This document shows, piece by piece, positions 9,362 to 17,794 of a stretch of DNA of 24,000 nt; the first letter of the stretch is position 1; each line of letters opens with the position of its first letter. This stretch comes from Gammaproteobacteria bacterium (lineage in GTDB: Bacteria; Pseudomonadota; Gammaproteobacteria; UBA4575). The stretch lies in NCBI GenBank assembly GCA_028285655.1, contig JANQOT010000210.1, forward strand, positions 1-24,000, read 5' to 3'. The translations under genes were made by a program, and so were the position numbers. A model generated the notes under the pieces. That model saw nothing but the letters and a program-made list of their open reading frames with translations. It searched no databases and was not told the origin of the DNA.

Positions 9362-10486
9362 ATGGGTAATTTAAAACGCAGAAAGTTTTTACAATACCTG
9401 GGTACCGGAGCTGCCGGTTGTATGGTCGGTGGTTGCCAGGAAGAGTCCGCGACTCAGACCGCTCAACCATTAACATCAAATGAAACCTTTGAGTGGAAAA
9501 TGGTAACGACCTGGCCAAAAAATTTTCCGGGACTGGGTACCGGCGCGGAATTTTTGGCAAAAACAATCCAGGAGATGTCAAACGGGCGTATAAAAATAAA
9601 AGTGTACGGTGCCGGTGAAATCGTACCTGCGTTTGAGATTTTCGATGCAGTCACCGCGGGTACCGCCGAAATGGGTCATGGCTCTGCTTATTACTGGAAG
9701 GGCAAGAATGCCGCTTTTCAGTTTTTTTCGACCGTACCGTTCGGCATGACGGTTAACGAAATGAACGCCTGGCTGTATCACGGCGGTGGAATGGAGTTGT
9801 GGCAGGAAGCGTATGCACCCTTCGGCCTGGTTCCCATGGCGGCAGGGAACACCGGTGTGCAAATGGGTGGATGGTTCAATAAGGAAATAAATTCTTTAAG
9901 CGATCTCGACGGATTGAAAATGCGTATTCCAGGGCTGGGCGGCGAAGTGTTACGACTGGCGGGCGGCACGCCGGTCAACGTACCGGGCGGCGATTTATTT
10001 GTGTCTTTGCAAAATGGCGTGATCGACGCCACCGAATGGGTGGGACCTTACAATGATCTGGCATTTGGTCTGCATAAAGCGGCACGTTATTACTATTCAC
10101 CCGGTTGGCACGAACCCGGCACTACGTTGGAATGCTTTGTAAACCAGGAAGCATTTGAAACATTGCCGGCCGATCTGCAACAAATTGTGCTTGTCGCCGC
10201 ACGAGTCGCCAATCAGGACATGATGCTGGAATACGTCGCCAGAAATAATGATGCATTGGAAGCGCTGGTTGACGAACACAAAGTGGATGTTCGCCGGTTC
10301 CCGAACGATGTGATCGAAAAGCTGCGCGAGTTATCCGAGCAAGTGGTAGCGCAAGTGGTCGGAGACGATCCTTTTGCACGTAAAATCTATGACTCCTATC
10401 AACGCTTTTTGAGTAAATCCAAGGCTTGGTATAATTTATCGGAGCGAGCGTATTTGAATCTGCGTGATCGAGATAACCCCTTGTAA
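9362..10486 (+). CDS. TRAP transporter substrate-binding protein (DctP superfamily, COG4663-like), Tat signal, possible lipoprotein
   Basis: GGAG lies 9 nt upstream of the ATG at 9362. The N-terminus MGNLKRRKFLQYLGTGAAGCMVGGC carries a twin-arginine motif (RRKFL) followed by Cys-containing lipobox-like motifs. FEWKMVTTWPKNFPGLGTGAEFLAK...AEMGHGSAYYWKGK is the pattern I recall for the COG4663 class of TRAP periplasmic proteins. Confidence 0.85.
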   Translation: MGNLKRRKFLQYLGTGAAGCMVGGCQEESATQTAQPLTSNETFEWKMVTTWPKNFPGLGTGAEFLAKTIQEMSNGRIKIKVYGAGEIVPAFEIFDAVTAGTAEMGHGSAYYWKGKNAAFQFFSTVPFGMTVNEMNAWLYHGGGMELWQEAYAPFGLVPMAAGNTGVQMGGWFNKEINSLSDLDGLKMRIPGLGGEVLRLAGGTPVNVPGGDLFVSLQNGVIDATEWVGPYNDLAFGLHKAARYYYSPGWHEPGTTLECFVNQEAFETLPADLQQIVLVAARVANQDMMLEYVARNNDALEALVDEHKVDVRRFPNDVIEKLRELSEQVVAQVVGDDPFARKIYDSYQRFLSKSKAWYNLSERAYLNLRDRDNPL

Positions 10487-10618
10487 AATAAAGATTTATC
10501 AGGAGTGTTCGATTACGGTCGAGCGCCAAATTTGCAAAGAAATTTTGTTTCCTGACTGCTATACTGCAATAAAATAACAAAATGATCGTAGCAATAACGC
10601 CATAACTCGGGAGGAATA

Positions 10619-10858
10619 ATGGACGATCTATACGTAAAATGGAAAACCATGTGGGATGCAAAAGAGTACACCACACAGTTGTTTTTCTTGGCGAATGTAA
10701 TTATTGCCTTAATCATTATGGCCAAGCCGTTTACCGGCGACAATGAAGGCAGCACCATTGCCAAGCGCGGCATTATGTTTGGATTGGGTGTCGGTTATTT
10801 AATTCTGGTACTGGTTGCCTACTTCCAGTTAGTACCGACAGTTTCTCCGTATCAATAA
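10619..10858 (+). CDS. Hypothetical small membrane protein (two predicted TM helices)
   Basis: 79-aa ORF with a strong GGGAGG SD 5 nt upstream of the ATG. It has two hydrophobic stretches (LFFLANVIIALIIMA and IMFGLGVGYLILVLVAYF). I do not recognise any family. An overlapping 86-aa minus-strand ORF lacks such signals. Confidence 0.45.
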   Translation: MDDLYVKWKTMWDAKEYTTQLFFLANVIIALIIMAKPFTGDNEGSTIAKRGIMFGLGVGYLILVLVAYFQLVPTVSPYQ

Positions 10859-10878
10859 ATTTCTCGGCGTAATTATAC

Positions 10879-12249
10879 TTACGCAGCAGCATTCATTTTA
10901 TTTGGAAGCCAGGTGGCCAGCTCGGGCCATCTGGCAAGTATTCCCAGCATAATCAATTGAATTATGACAAATGGAATCACGCCGCGATAAATCTGCCGGG
11001 TAGCCACCTGGTTCGAAGCGACACCTCGCAAGTAAAACAAAGCAAAACCGAACGGCGGTGTTAAAAACGACGTTTGCAAATTAATGGCAATCATAATACC
11101 CAGCCACACCGGATCAACGCCCATGGCCAGTAAAATCGGACCTACGATCGGCACTACTACAAATGTAATTTCAATAAAGTCGAGTACGAATCCAAGTAAG
11201 AACATCAACAACATGACGCTTGCAATCGCGCCGAACGCACCGCCCGGTAACTGGGTTAAAAATGCATGTACCGTATCGTCGCCACCGTAACCACGAAAGA
11301 CCAGCGAAAAAATTGAGGCGCCGATAAATATCGCAAACACCATGCACGTTACGCGTACCGTACTTTGCATAACGTGGCGCAGACACGCCAGGTTTAAACG
11401 TCGGTTAACTGCGGCCAAAACAAGCGCGCCAACTGCGCCCACCGAAGCGGCTTCAGTCGGTGTGGCAAACCCGGCAATGATAGAACCGAGTACGGCAACG
11501 ATTAGCGCAATCGGAGGAAACAGGGCTCGAATGCTTTCCAGAAACAAATTCGATTGCACTTGCTCGGTTTTAGTTGCCGGCATATAACCCGGTTTTACAA
11601 AGGCGAGTGCAATGACGTACGCAATATAAATTGCGACCAGAAATAAACCCGGTAACAAAGCACCGGCAAATAAATCGCTGACGGAAACTGTATCCGGTGA
11701 GTAAATTCCCTGGTCCAGTTGTGCCTGCTGGTAGGCGGTGGACATTACATCGCCCAGCAATACAAGTATTATCGACGGCGGAATGATCTGTCCCAGCGTT
11801 CCGGAAGCGCAAATAATACCGCTGGATAAACCGGGGTCGTAACCACGCTTTAACATCGTCGGCAGGGATAGCAAACCCATGGTAACCACAGTTGCGCCGA
11901 CAATTCCGGTACTGGCGGCCAGCAACATGCCAACGATAATGACCGAGAATCCCAGGCCGCCGCGCAAACTTCCAAACAAGCGTGCCATGGTGTCAAGCAA
12001 GTGCTCCGCGATTTGCGAGCGTTCCAGGGTGACACCCATAAATACAAACAAGGGAACGGCAATCAATGTTTCATTGGTCATGATGCCAAAGATGCGACTC
12101 GGCAAAGCATGCATTAGTGTCGCATCAAAACCACCGAGCCACGTGCCAAGCAAGGCAAATGCCAGCGATACGCCGGCCAGAGTAAACGCGACCGGATAAC
12201 CTGTCATTAATACCAGCACAACCACTAGAAACATGATTAAAGCGGTCAT
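10879..12249 (-). CDS. TRAP transporter large permease subunit (DctM family)
   Basis: 456-aa polytopic membrane protein of typical DctM length and composition. It lies 12 nt downstream of a DctQ-like gene. Confidence 0.9.
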   Translation of the reverse strand: MTALIMFLVVVLVLMTGYPVAFTLAGVSLAFALLGTWLGGFDATLMHALPSRIFGIMTNETLIAVPLFVFMGVTLERSQIAEHLLDTMARLFGSLRGGLGFSVIIVGMLLAASTGIVGATVVTMGLLSLPTMLKRGYDPGLSSGIICASGTLGQIIPPSIILVLLGDVMSTAYQQAQLDQGIYSPDTVSVSDLFAGALLPGLFLVAIYIAYVIALAFVKPGYMPATKTEQVQSNLFLESIRALFPPIALIVAVLGSIIAGFATPTEAASVGAVGALVLAAVNRRLNLACLRHVMQSTVRVTCMVFAIFIGASIFSLVFRGYGGDDTVHAFLTQLPGGAFGAIASVMLLMFLLGFVLDFIEITFVVVPIVGPILLAMGVDPVWLGIMIAINLQTSFLTPPFGFALFYLRGVASNQVATRQIYRGVIPFVIIQLIMLGILARWPELATWLPNKMNAAA

Positions 12250-12261
12250 GGCATGCTCACG

Positions 12262-12765
12262 TTATTTTTTTGCAGTAAAAATCTGTAGGCAACGGCACAT
12301 GGTTGCAATTGCCTGTAAAAGCAAAAGTGCCGGCATTAGCGGAACCAGCGTTTTAAGAATAAACACCAGCGGCAGGCCGCCGGCTTCACGCGAACCTTCC
12401 AGTAGTTTCCAGGAATTGTTTGCGTACTCCCAACTGCTGGCAATCAAGTAAATACAAAATGGCACCAGTAAAAAAAGCGTGCCTAGAAAATCCACCCACG
12501 CTTTTCTCGAATCGCTAAAACTCGCATAAAATATATCGACGCGAACATGTGCGTTATGCTTGTAGGTGTAGGCAATCGCCAGCATAAAAACGATCGCGTG
12601 GAAATACACCACACTTTCCTGCACAGCAATAGAGCCAAAGTTAAATCCGTAGCGCATGACCACAATTAAAAATGTGATGATCACCATGGCGGTGACCAGC
12701 CATGCAACACTGCGTCCCACCGCTTCGTTGACGGTATTAATTAATGTTTGAATTTTGTCTAGCAT
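12262..12765 (-). CDS. TRAP transporter small permease subunit (DctQ family)
   Basis: 167 aa with four hydrophobic segments, immediately upstream of the DctM gene on the same strand. Size and topology fit DctQ. Confidence 0.8.
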   Translation of the reverse strand: MLDKIQTLINTVNEAVGRSVAWLVTAMVIITFLIVVMRYGFNFGSIAVQESVVYFHAIVFMLAIAYTYKHNAHVRVDIFYASFSDSRKAWVDFLGTLFLLVPFCIYLIASSWEYANNSWKLLEGSREAGGLPLVFILKTLVPLMPALLLLQAIATMCRCLQIFTAKK

Positions 12766-12836
12766 TATTGCTGCAAGGCGAATTTGATTTTCAATGCCGA
12801 ATTAGCTGTATACCGCCGACAGGATCGCATTGGTAA

Positions 12837-13559
12837 TTATAATTCCAGAAGTTTTTCCTGTTCTTCAGTGGAAGGTTCAAACGTTCGGCCTTCGTAATAA
12901 TCAAATATGGCGGTAACCACTTCGCTAGGGTCGTCTATCACCTGTATCAAGTCGATGTCTTCGGCGGAAATTGTGCCTTCTTTTAACATGGTGTCTTCAA
13001 TCCATGCCAGCAAACCCTGCCAGAAGCTGGATTGCACCAGAATAATCGGAATCTTGCGTGACTTGCCGGTTTGTACCAGGGTAAGAATTTCCGCAAGTTC
13101 ATCCAGAGTGCCGAATCCGCCCGGCAGTACGACATAGGCGGATGCATACTTGACAAACATTACCTTGCGCGAAAAAAAATGCCGGAACTTTAATGTAATG
13201 TCCTGGTAAGGGTTGCCTGACTGCTCATGCGGTAAAGAAATATTGAGACCGACACTGGGCGATTTGCCTGCAAAAGCGCCCTTGTTGGCGGCTTCCATTA
13301 TGCCCGGTCCGCCACCGCTAACGACAGTAAAACCGGCATCCGATAATTCGCGCGAAATTTTTTCGGTCAGCTTGTAATAGGGGTGATCGTTTGGCGTGCG
13401 CGCGGAACCGAAAATACTTACCGAAGGCGCAATTTTAGACAGTCGCTCGAAACCCTCTACAAATTCGGCAATAATTTGAAAAATCTTCCAGCTTTCCCGA
13501 GTTAGTGCTCCCGAGTTTCCACGGCCGGCGAATCGATGTTCCAGTGATTTATCTTTCAT
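12837..13559 (-). CDS. LOG family protein (TIGR00730 Rossmann-fold, nucleotide 5'-monophosphate nucleosidase / cytokinin riboside 5'-monophosphate phosphoribohydrolase-like)
   Basis: It carries the signature motifs GGGPGIMEAANKGA and PGGFGTLDELAEILTLVQTGK. The ATG at 13559 is preceded by AAGGAAA. The track's GTG at 13586 would add 9 residues and remains an alternative start. Confidence 0.85.
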   Translation of the reverse strand: MKDKSLEHRFAGRGNSGALTRESWKIFQIIAEFVEGFERLSKIAPSVSIFGSARTPNDHPYYKLTEKISRELSDAGFTVVSGGGPGIMEAANKGAFAGKSPSVGLNISLPHEQSGNPYQDITLKFRHFFSRKVMFVKYASAYVVLPGGFGTLDELAEILTLVQTGKSRKIPIILVQSSFWQGLLAWIEDTMLKEGTISAEDIDLIQVIDDPSEVVTAIFDYYEGRTFEPSTEEQEKLLEL

Positions 13560-13644
13560 TTTGTGTTTTCCTTTGCGCGCGCGCACATGATACCGTTGTC
13601 TTTTATTGACTTACAGTCCTTACTGCGACCAAATTTGTTTTGAT

Positions 13645-16338
13645 ATGGCGAATAAAACCAAACCTCTGCTTGTTCTAGTCGACGGGTCCTCTTATCTATA
13701 CCGCGCATTTCACGCGTTACCGCCGTTAACTAACCGCAACGGTCAGCCGACCGGCGCAGTGTACGGCGTTATTCGTATGGTGCGAAAATTAATTGAAGAA
13801 CAGCAGCCGGATCGGGTCGCGGTTGTTTTCGATGCCAAGGGCAAGACATTTCGCCACAAGATTTACAGCGAGTACAAAGCGACTCGCCCGCCGATGCCGG
13901 AAGATTTGCAGGTGCAAATTGAGCCATTGCACCAATTAATTCAAGCGTTGGGCATTCCACTTTTATCTGAGAAAGGAGTGGAAGCGGATGATGTCATCGG
14001 TACTTTGGCTAAACAGGCCGTAGCCGAGAATCACCGTGTGCTTATCTCTACCGGCGATAAAGACATGGCGCAGTTAGTAAACAAACAGGTAACGCTGGTA
14101 AATACCATGAACGATGCGCATATGGATGTCGCCGGCGTGAGCGAAAAATTCGGTGTTGCACCGCAACAGATTATTGATTATCTGGCGTTGATGGGAGACA
14201 AGTCGGACAATATTCCCGGTGTTCCGGGCGTTGGTCCAAAAACCGCGACTAAATGGCTGCAGCAATATAAAAATTTATCCGGCGTCATATCGCATGCGGA
14301 AGAAATAAAAGGCAAGATCGGTGAAAAGCTGCGCAATGCATTAGATCAATTACCGCTTTCCTACGAACTGGCCACCATTAAGTGCGACGTGAAACTACAT
14401 TTCGAGTTGCCCGATCTGACTATGGGTACACGCGACGATGAGTTATTGGCGAATTTATATCGCGAACTGGATTTCAATACCTGGCTGGACGAACTCGGCG
14501 AAACCAATACCGACAAACAGCCGGCACAGGAACAGCATTACCAGTCAATATTGACAAAAAAAGAATTAAAAGCATGGAGTAAAAAACTCAAAGCAGCCAA
14601 GTTGATTGCGTTTGATACCGAAACCGATAATCTGGATTACATGCAGGCGAATCTGGTCGGCATGTCGTTTGCCGTACAAGCGGGTGAAGCGGCCTATTTG
14701 CCTGTTGCGCATGACTATCCCGACGCACCCGAACAGTTAACGCTAAAAGAAGTGTTAACCGAGCTACAGCCGCTATTGGAGGATCCGGCCAAAGCCAAAG
14801 TGGGACATAACTTAAAGTACGACCAATCTGTGTTGGCCAGACACGGCGTTAACCTTGCTGGTATCCAGCACGACACCATGCTTGAATCGTATGTGCTGAA
14901 TTCAACTGCCAGCCGACACGACCTTGATACATTGTGTGAATTGCATCTGCAACAAAAAAATATAAAGTTCGAGGAGGTTGCGGGCAAAGGTGCTAAACAA
15001 ATAACGTTTAACCAGGTATCCCTGGAACAAGCCGTTGACTATGCGGCCGAAGATGCCGATATGTCGTTGCGCTTACATGAATTTTTTTATCCGCAATTAC
15101 AAAAACTGGCGGGGCAAAAAAAATTATACGAAGATATCGAAATCCCGATGGTATCGGTTTTGTCTCGTATCGAGCGTAACGGTGTATTAATCGATGCCGG
15201 CTTGTTGCACAAGCAAGGCAAGGAGCTCAACAAGAAAATTAGTAAATTACAAGAGCAGGCATATGCAGAAGTAGGGCATTCATTTAATCTCGATTCGCCC
15301 AAACAATTACAACAAATCCTGTTTGAGCAGCTTGAGTTACCGATCATCCGCAAAACTCCGAAAGGGCAACCGTCGACTGCCGAAGATGTATTGCAGGAAC
15401 TGGCGCAGGACTACGATTTTCCCAAACTCATTCTCGATTATCGTTCTTTAAGCAAACTCAAGTCGACCTATGTCGACAAGTTGCCCAAGCAAATCTGCAC
15501 AAGCACCAATCGCATACACACTTCCTATCATCAGGCGGTGGCATCGACGGGCAGGCTTTCGTCCACCGACCCGAATTTGCAAAATATTCCGATACGAACC
15601 GACGAGGGCCGCCGCATCCGGCAGGCCTTTATCGCACCCGACCAACACGTGTTGCTGGCGGCGGATTATTCTCAAATCGAGCTACGCATCATGGCGCATT
15701 TGTCGCAGGACCAACGCCTGACCGACGCCTTTGCCCAAGGGGAGGATATTCATCGTGCCACCGCGGCTGAAGTATTCGGGCTGGCGCTGGAGGATGTCGA
15801 CCAGGAACAGCGAAGAGCGGCGAAGGCGATCAATTTCGGGTTGATTTACGGGATGTCCGCGTTTGGTCTGGCAAAGCAACTGGGTATTCCCCGCCATTCT
15901 GCACAGGAGTACGTGGATCTGTATTTTGAGCGCTACCCCGGGGTTAAAGACTATATGGACCGTACTCGCAAACTCGCCCACGAACAGGGATATGTAGAAA
16001 CCTTGTTCGGTCGCAGGCTTTATCTGCCCGAAATCGAATCGCGTAATGCACAACGGCGCCAGTACGCCGAGCGTACCGCCATCAATGCACCCATGCAGGG
16101 GTCGGCCGCCGACATCATCAAATTGGCGATGATTGCAGTGGATCAGTGGATCAGTGCATCAGGCGAACCGGTAAAAATGATCATGCAGGTGCACGACGAG
16201 CTGGTGTTTGAAGTGAAGCGACCTCGAGTCGAGGCCATAATGCCCGATATCATCCGTTGCATGACCGATGCCGCAAAATTATCCGTACCGTTGGTGGTGG
16301 ATGCCAACTTCGGTGCCGACTGGGACCAGGCACACTAA
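13645..16338 (+). CDS. polA: DNA polymerase I
   Basis: It has a 5'-nuclease N-terminus (LLVLVDGSSYLYRAFHALPPL), a 3'-5' exonuclease domain (IAFDTETD) and polymerase motifs (LLAADYSQIELRIMAHLS, RRAAKAINFGLIYGMSAFGLA, QVHDELVFE). The ATG at 13645 (MANKTKPLLVLVDG) aligns with the E. coli N-terminus. The TTG at 13606 is less likely. Confidence 0.95.
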   Translation: MANKTKPLLVLVDGSSYLYRAFHALPPLTNRNGQPTGAVYGVIRMVRKLIEEQQPDRVAVVFDAKGKTFRHKIYSEYKATRPPMPEDLQVQIEPLHQLIQALGIPLLSEKGVEADDVIGTLAKQAVAENHRVLISTGDKDMAQLVNKQVTLVNTMNDAHMDVAGVSEKFGVAPQQIIDYLALMGDKSDNIPGVPGVGPKTATKWLQQYKNLSGVISHAEEIKGKIGEKLRNALDQLPLSYELATIKCDVKLHFELPDLTMGTRDDELLANLYRELDFNTWLDELGETNTDKQPAQEQHYQSILTKKELKAWSKKLKAAKLIAFDTETDNLDYMQANLVGMSFAVQAGEAAYLPVAHDYPDAPEQLTLKEVLTELQPLLEDPAKAKVGHNLKYDQSVLARHGVNLAGIQHDTMLESYVLNSTASRHDLDTLCELHLQQKNIKFEEVAGKGAKQITFNQVSLEQAVDYAAEDADMSLRLHEFFYPQLQKLAGQKKLYEDIEIPMVSVLSRIERNGVLIDAGLLHKQGKELNKKISKLQEQAYAEVGHSFNLDSPKQLQQILFEQLELPIIRKTPKGQPSTAEDVLQELAQDYDFPKLILDYRSLSKLKSTYVDKLPKQICTSTNRIHTSYHQAVASTGRLSSTDPNLQNIPIRTDEGRRIRQAFIAPDQHVLLAADYSQIELRIMAHLSQDQRLTDAFAQGEDIHRATAAEVFGLALEDVDQEQRRAAKAINFGLIYGMSAFGLAKQLGIPRHSAQEYVDLYFERYPGVKDYMDRTRKLAHEQGYVETLFGRRLYLPEIESRNAQRRQYAERTAINAPMQGSAADIIKLAMIAVDQWISASGEPVKMIMQVHDELVFEVKRPRVEAIMPDIIRCMTDAAKLSVPLVVDANFGADWDQAH

Positions 16339-16519
16339 CTTACTGATTTTTTTTCCTGATAAATCAAGGCATTGCCGCTGATCGTTTCGCTGAGTCCGTT
16401 AATCTCATGACAAAGGCTGCGCGTCGGTCCTCTCATATAATGCGCCTATCTGTTCTGCCAATAGAAGCAGCCGAGACTGCGTGGCGGACTATTTACTCAA
16501 ACAGGACGAGGATATGAAC

Positions 16520-16891
16520 ATGGCGCATAAACTAGTTACAGCCGCTATTCTCCTGGCATTGTATAGCTCTGCCGGCTTAGCGTTGGATCTAGAACGTGAG
16601 CATTTGCTGGATTTATACCACGGCATCGATGATGGAACGTCGCATGTGAGCGGTACGCAACAGGAGTGGGTTAATCTGTCGGCAGGCATCGCTCCGAATT
16701 ACCGGGATGATTCCGAAGAGATTAAATTCGCACCTCTGGGCGACCAGGAACCGACCATGAAATTTGGTGTGTTTTCTGACGAGTTGCCAGAGTCAGAAGC
16801 CAGTGACAGCGACTACAAACCCAGTTCACCGACACAGTTTGGTCAGAGCGAAGACGAACGGTACGGTGTTTATATGCAAAAACGTTTTTAA
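16520..16891 (+). CDS. Hypothetical secreted acidic protein (orphan)
   Basis: GAGGA lies 7 nt upstream of the ATG at 16520. The predicted Sec signal peptide is MAHKLVTAAILLALYSSAGLA. The mature part is D/E/S-rich with no recognisable domain. Alternative starts are at 16514 and 16481. Coding status is unproven. Confidence 0.45.
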   Translation: MAHKLVTAAILLALYSSAGLALDLEREHLLDLYHGIDDGTSHVSGTQQEWVNLSAGIAPNYRDDSEEIKFAPLGDQEPTMKFGVFSDELPESEASDSDYKPSSPTQFGQSEDERYGVYMQKRF

Positions 16892-16915
16892 CCAATACGC
16901 ATAAAATTATTTAAC

Positions 16916-16942
16916 GAACTTATTTGCTCAATTCGAGTCTGA
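16916..16942 (+). promoter_or_regulatory. Putative extracytoplasmic-stress (RpoE/AlgU-type) promoter, GAACTT-N16-TCTGA
   Basis: GAACTT at 16916-16921, a 16-nt spacer, then TCTGA at 16938-16942. This is an exact match to the AlgU/sigmaE-type consensus GAACTT-N16/17-TCTGA. It lies 25 nt downstream of the preceding stop codon and faces a terminator about 90 nt away. Confidence 0.5.
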
Positions 16943-16948
16943 ACCAAT

Positions 16949-17068
16949 GTGTGCTTCTCAAGCACGAACCGCTTCCCTCCCTGAGCGGTTGCAGACTCGG
17001 GTATTTCCCCATACCGGGTCTATTTAATTTGCCCTGGAGCTTAGTGGTGAGCTCCAGGGCTATTTTTT
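16949..17068 (+). ncRNA. Candidate small regulatory RNA (positional analogue of Spot 42 / ErsA in the polA-engB spacer)
   Basis: The approximate 5' end is inferred from the promoter.
- Hairpin 1: 16951-16965 (GTGCTT/AAGCAC).
- Hairpin 2: 16967-16990 (AACCGCT/AGCGGTT), loop UCCCUCCCUG.
- Hairpin 3: 17000-17015, loop UUCCCC.
- AU-rich linker: 17019-17030.
- 10-bp GC-rich terminator stem followed by a U tract.
No ORF of note lies inside. Confidence 0.45.
17031..17068 (+). terminator. Rho-independent terminator
   Basis: GCCCTGGAGC (17031-17040) pairs perfectly with GCTCCAGGGC (17051-17060) and is followed by TATTTTTT. The T tract overlaps the engB stop codon on the opposite strand. The minus-strand reading lacks a comparable U tract. 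Confidence 0.75.
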
Positions 17069-17675
17069 ATCCGGGTTCCAGCCACTGCGCGAGCTTGATG
17101 ATCGCTTGATCCAAACCGGCGCCGGTTGCGGCTGAAAATGTTTGCGAGCTGATTTCGATATTGGTATCTGACGGTAGCTGACTTTGCAGAGAGTGCAATT
17201 GTTTGTGCGCCTGATTGCGACTTAGTTTATCTGCCTTATTGAGCAAAATATGCACATCGCAGGAATAGTGCATACACCAGTCCAGCATTGACCAATCCAC
17301 TTCGCGTAATGGATGGCGAATATCCATTACCAGCATAATGCCTTGCAGCGAACGTCGATTGGCGAAGTAGTGTTCAAGCAGTGCTGTCCACTGCCGCTGT
17401 TTTTCTTGACTCGCTTTGGCATAACCGTAGCCCGGCAAATCCACTAAACTCGCAGTGGTTGTTAGCGAGAAAAAGTTGATCAATTGAGTGCGCCCGGGTG
17501 TTTTAGACGTTCGTGCGAGCTGTTTACGACCGCACAATCGATTCAATACGCTGGACTTGCCCGCATTCGAACGGCCGGCAAACGCCACTTCGCAACCGGT
17601 ATCGGGCGGCAGATCATCAGGCCGCGCCGCACTGGACCTGAATTCGGCCTGGGCCAGTATTTGCTTTAATGTCAT
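17067..17675 (-). CDS. engB: Ribosome biogenesis GTP-binding protein EngB (YihA/YsxC)
   Basis: It has the G1 motif FAGRSNAGKSSVLN, then DLPGYGYA and the G4 motif NKADK. It is convergent with polA and divergent from cytochrome c4, as in Pseudomonas. Confidence 0.9.
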   Translation of the reverse strand: MTLKQILAQAEFRSSAARPDDLPPDTGCEVAFAGRSNAGKSSVLNRLCGRKQLARTSKTPGRTQLINFFSLTTTASLVDLPGYGYAKASQEKQRQWTALLEHYFANRRSLQGIMLVMDIRHPLREVDWSMLDWCMHYSCDVHILLNKADKLSRNQAHKQLHSLQSQLPSDTNIEISSQTFSAATGAGLDQAIIKLAQWLEPG

Positions 17676-17794
17676 AAATTGTACGGGCTTGGTTTTGCGG
17701 CGACAGATACTTTTGTGGTATACAAAGCGCGCATTTCAAAGGACGATGAAATTAAATGCGTAACCACTTACATTATGCACTTTGGGAAGGTCAC

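Noticed and set aside
13575-13584. (GC)5 alternating tract in the LOG/polA divergent spacer (Z-DNA-prone)
   Set aside because: It is short and unique, lies in the candidate N-terminal extension/5' leader of the LOG gene, and nothing else supports a function.
16934-16998. 8-bp outer stem CGAGTCTG/CAGACTCG enclosing hairpins 1 and 2, suggesting a REP/MITE-like palindromic element
   Set aside because: The 5' arm coincides with the -10 TCTGA of the putative promoter and would not be transcribed if that promoter is used. I saw no second copy in the window. It is kept as the alternative hypothesis for the sRNA finding.
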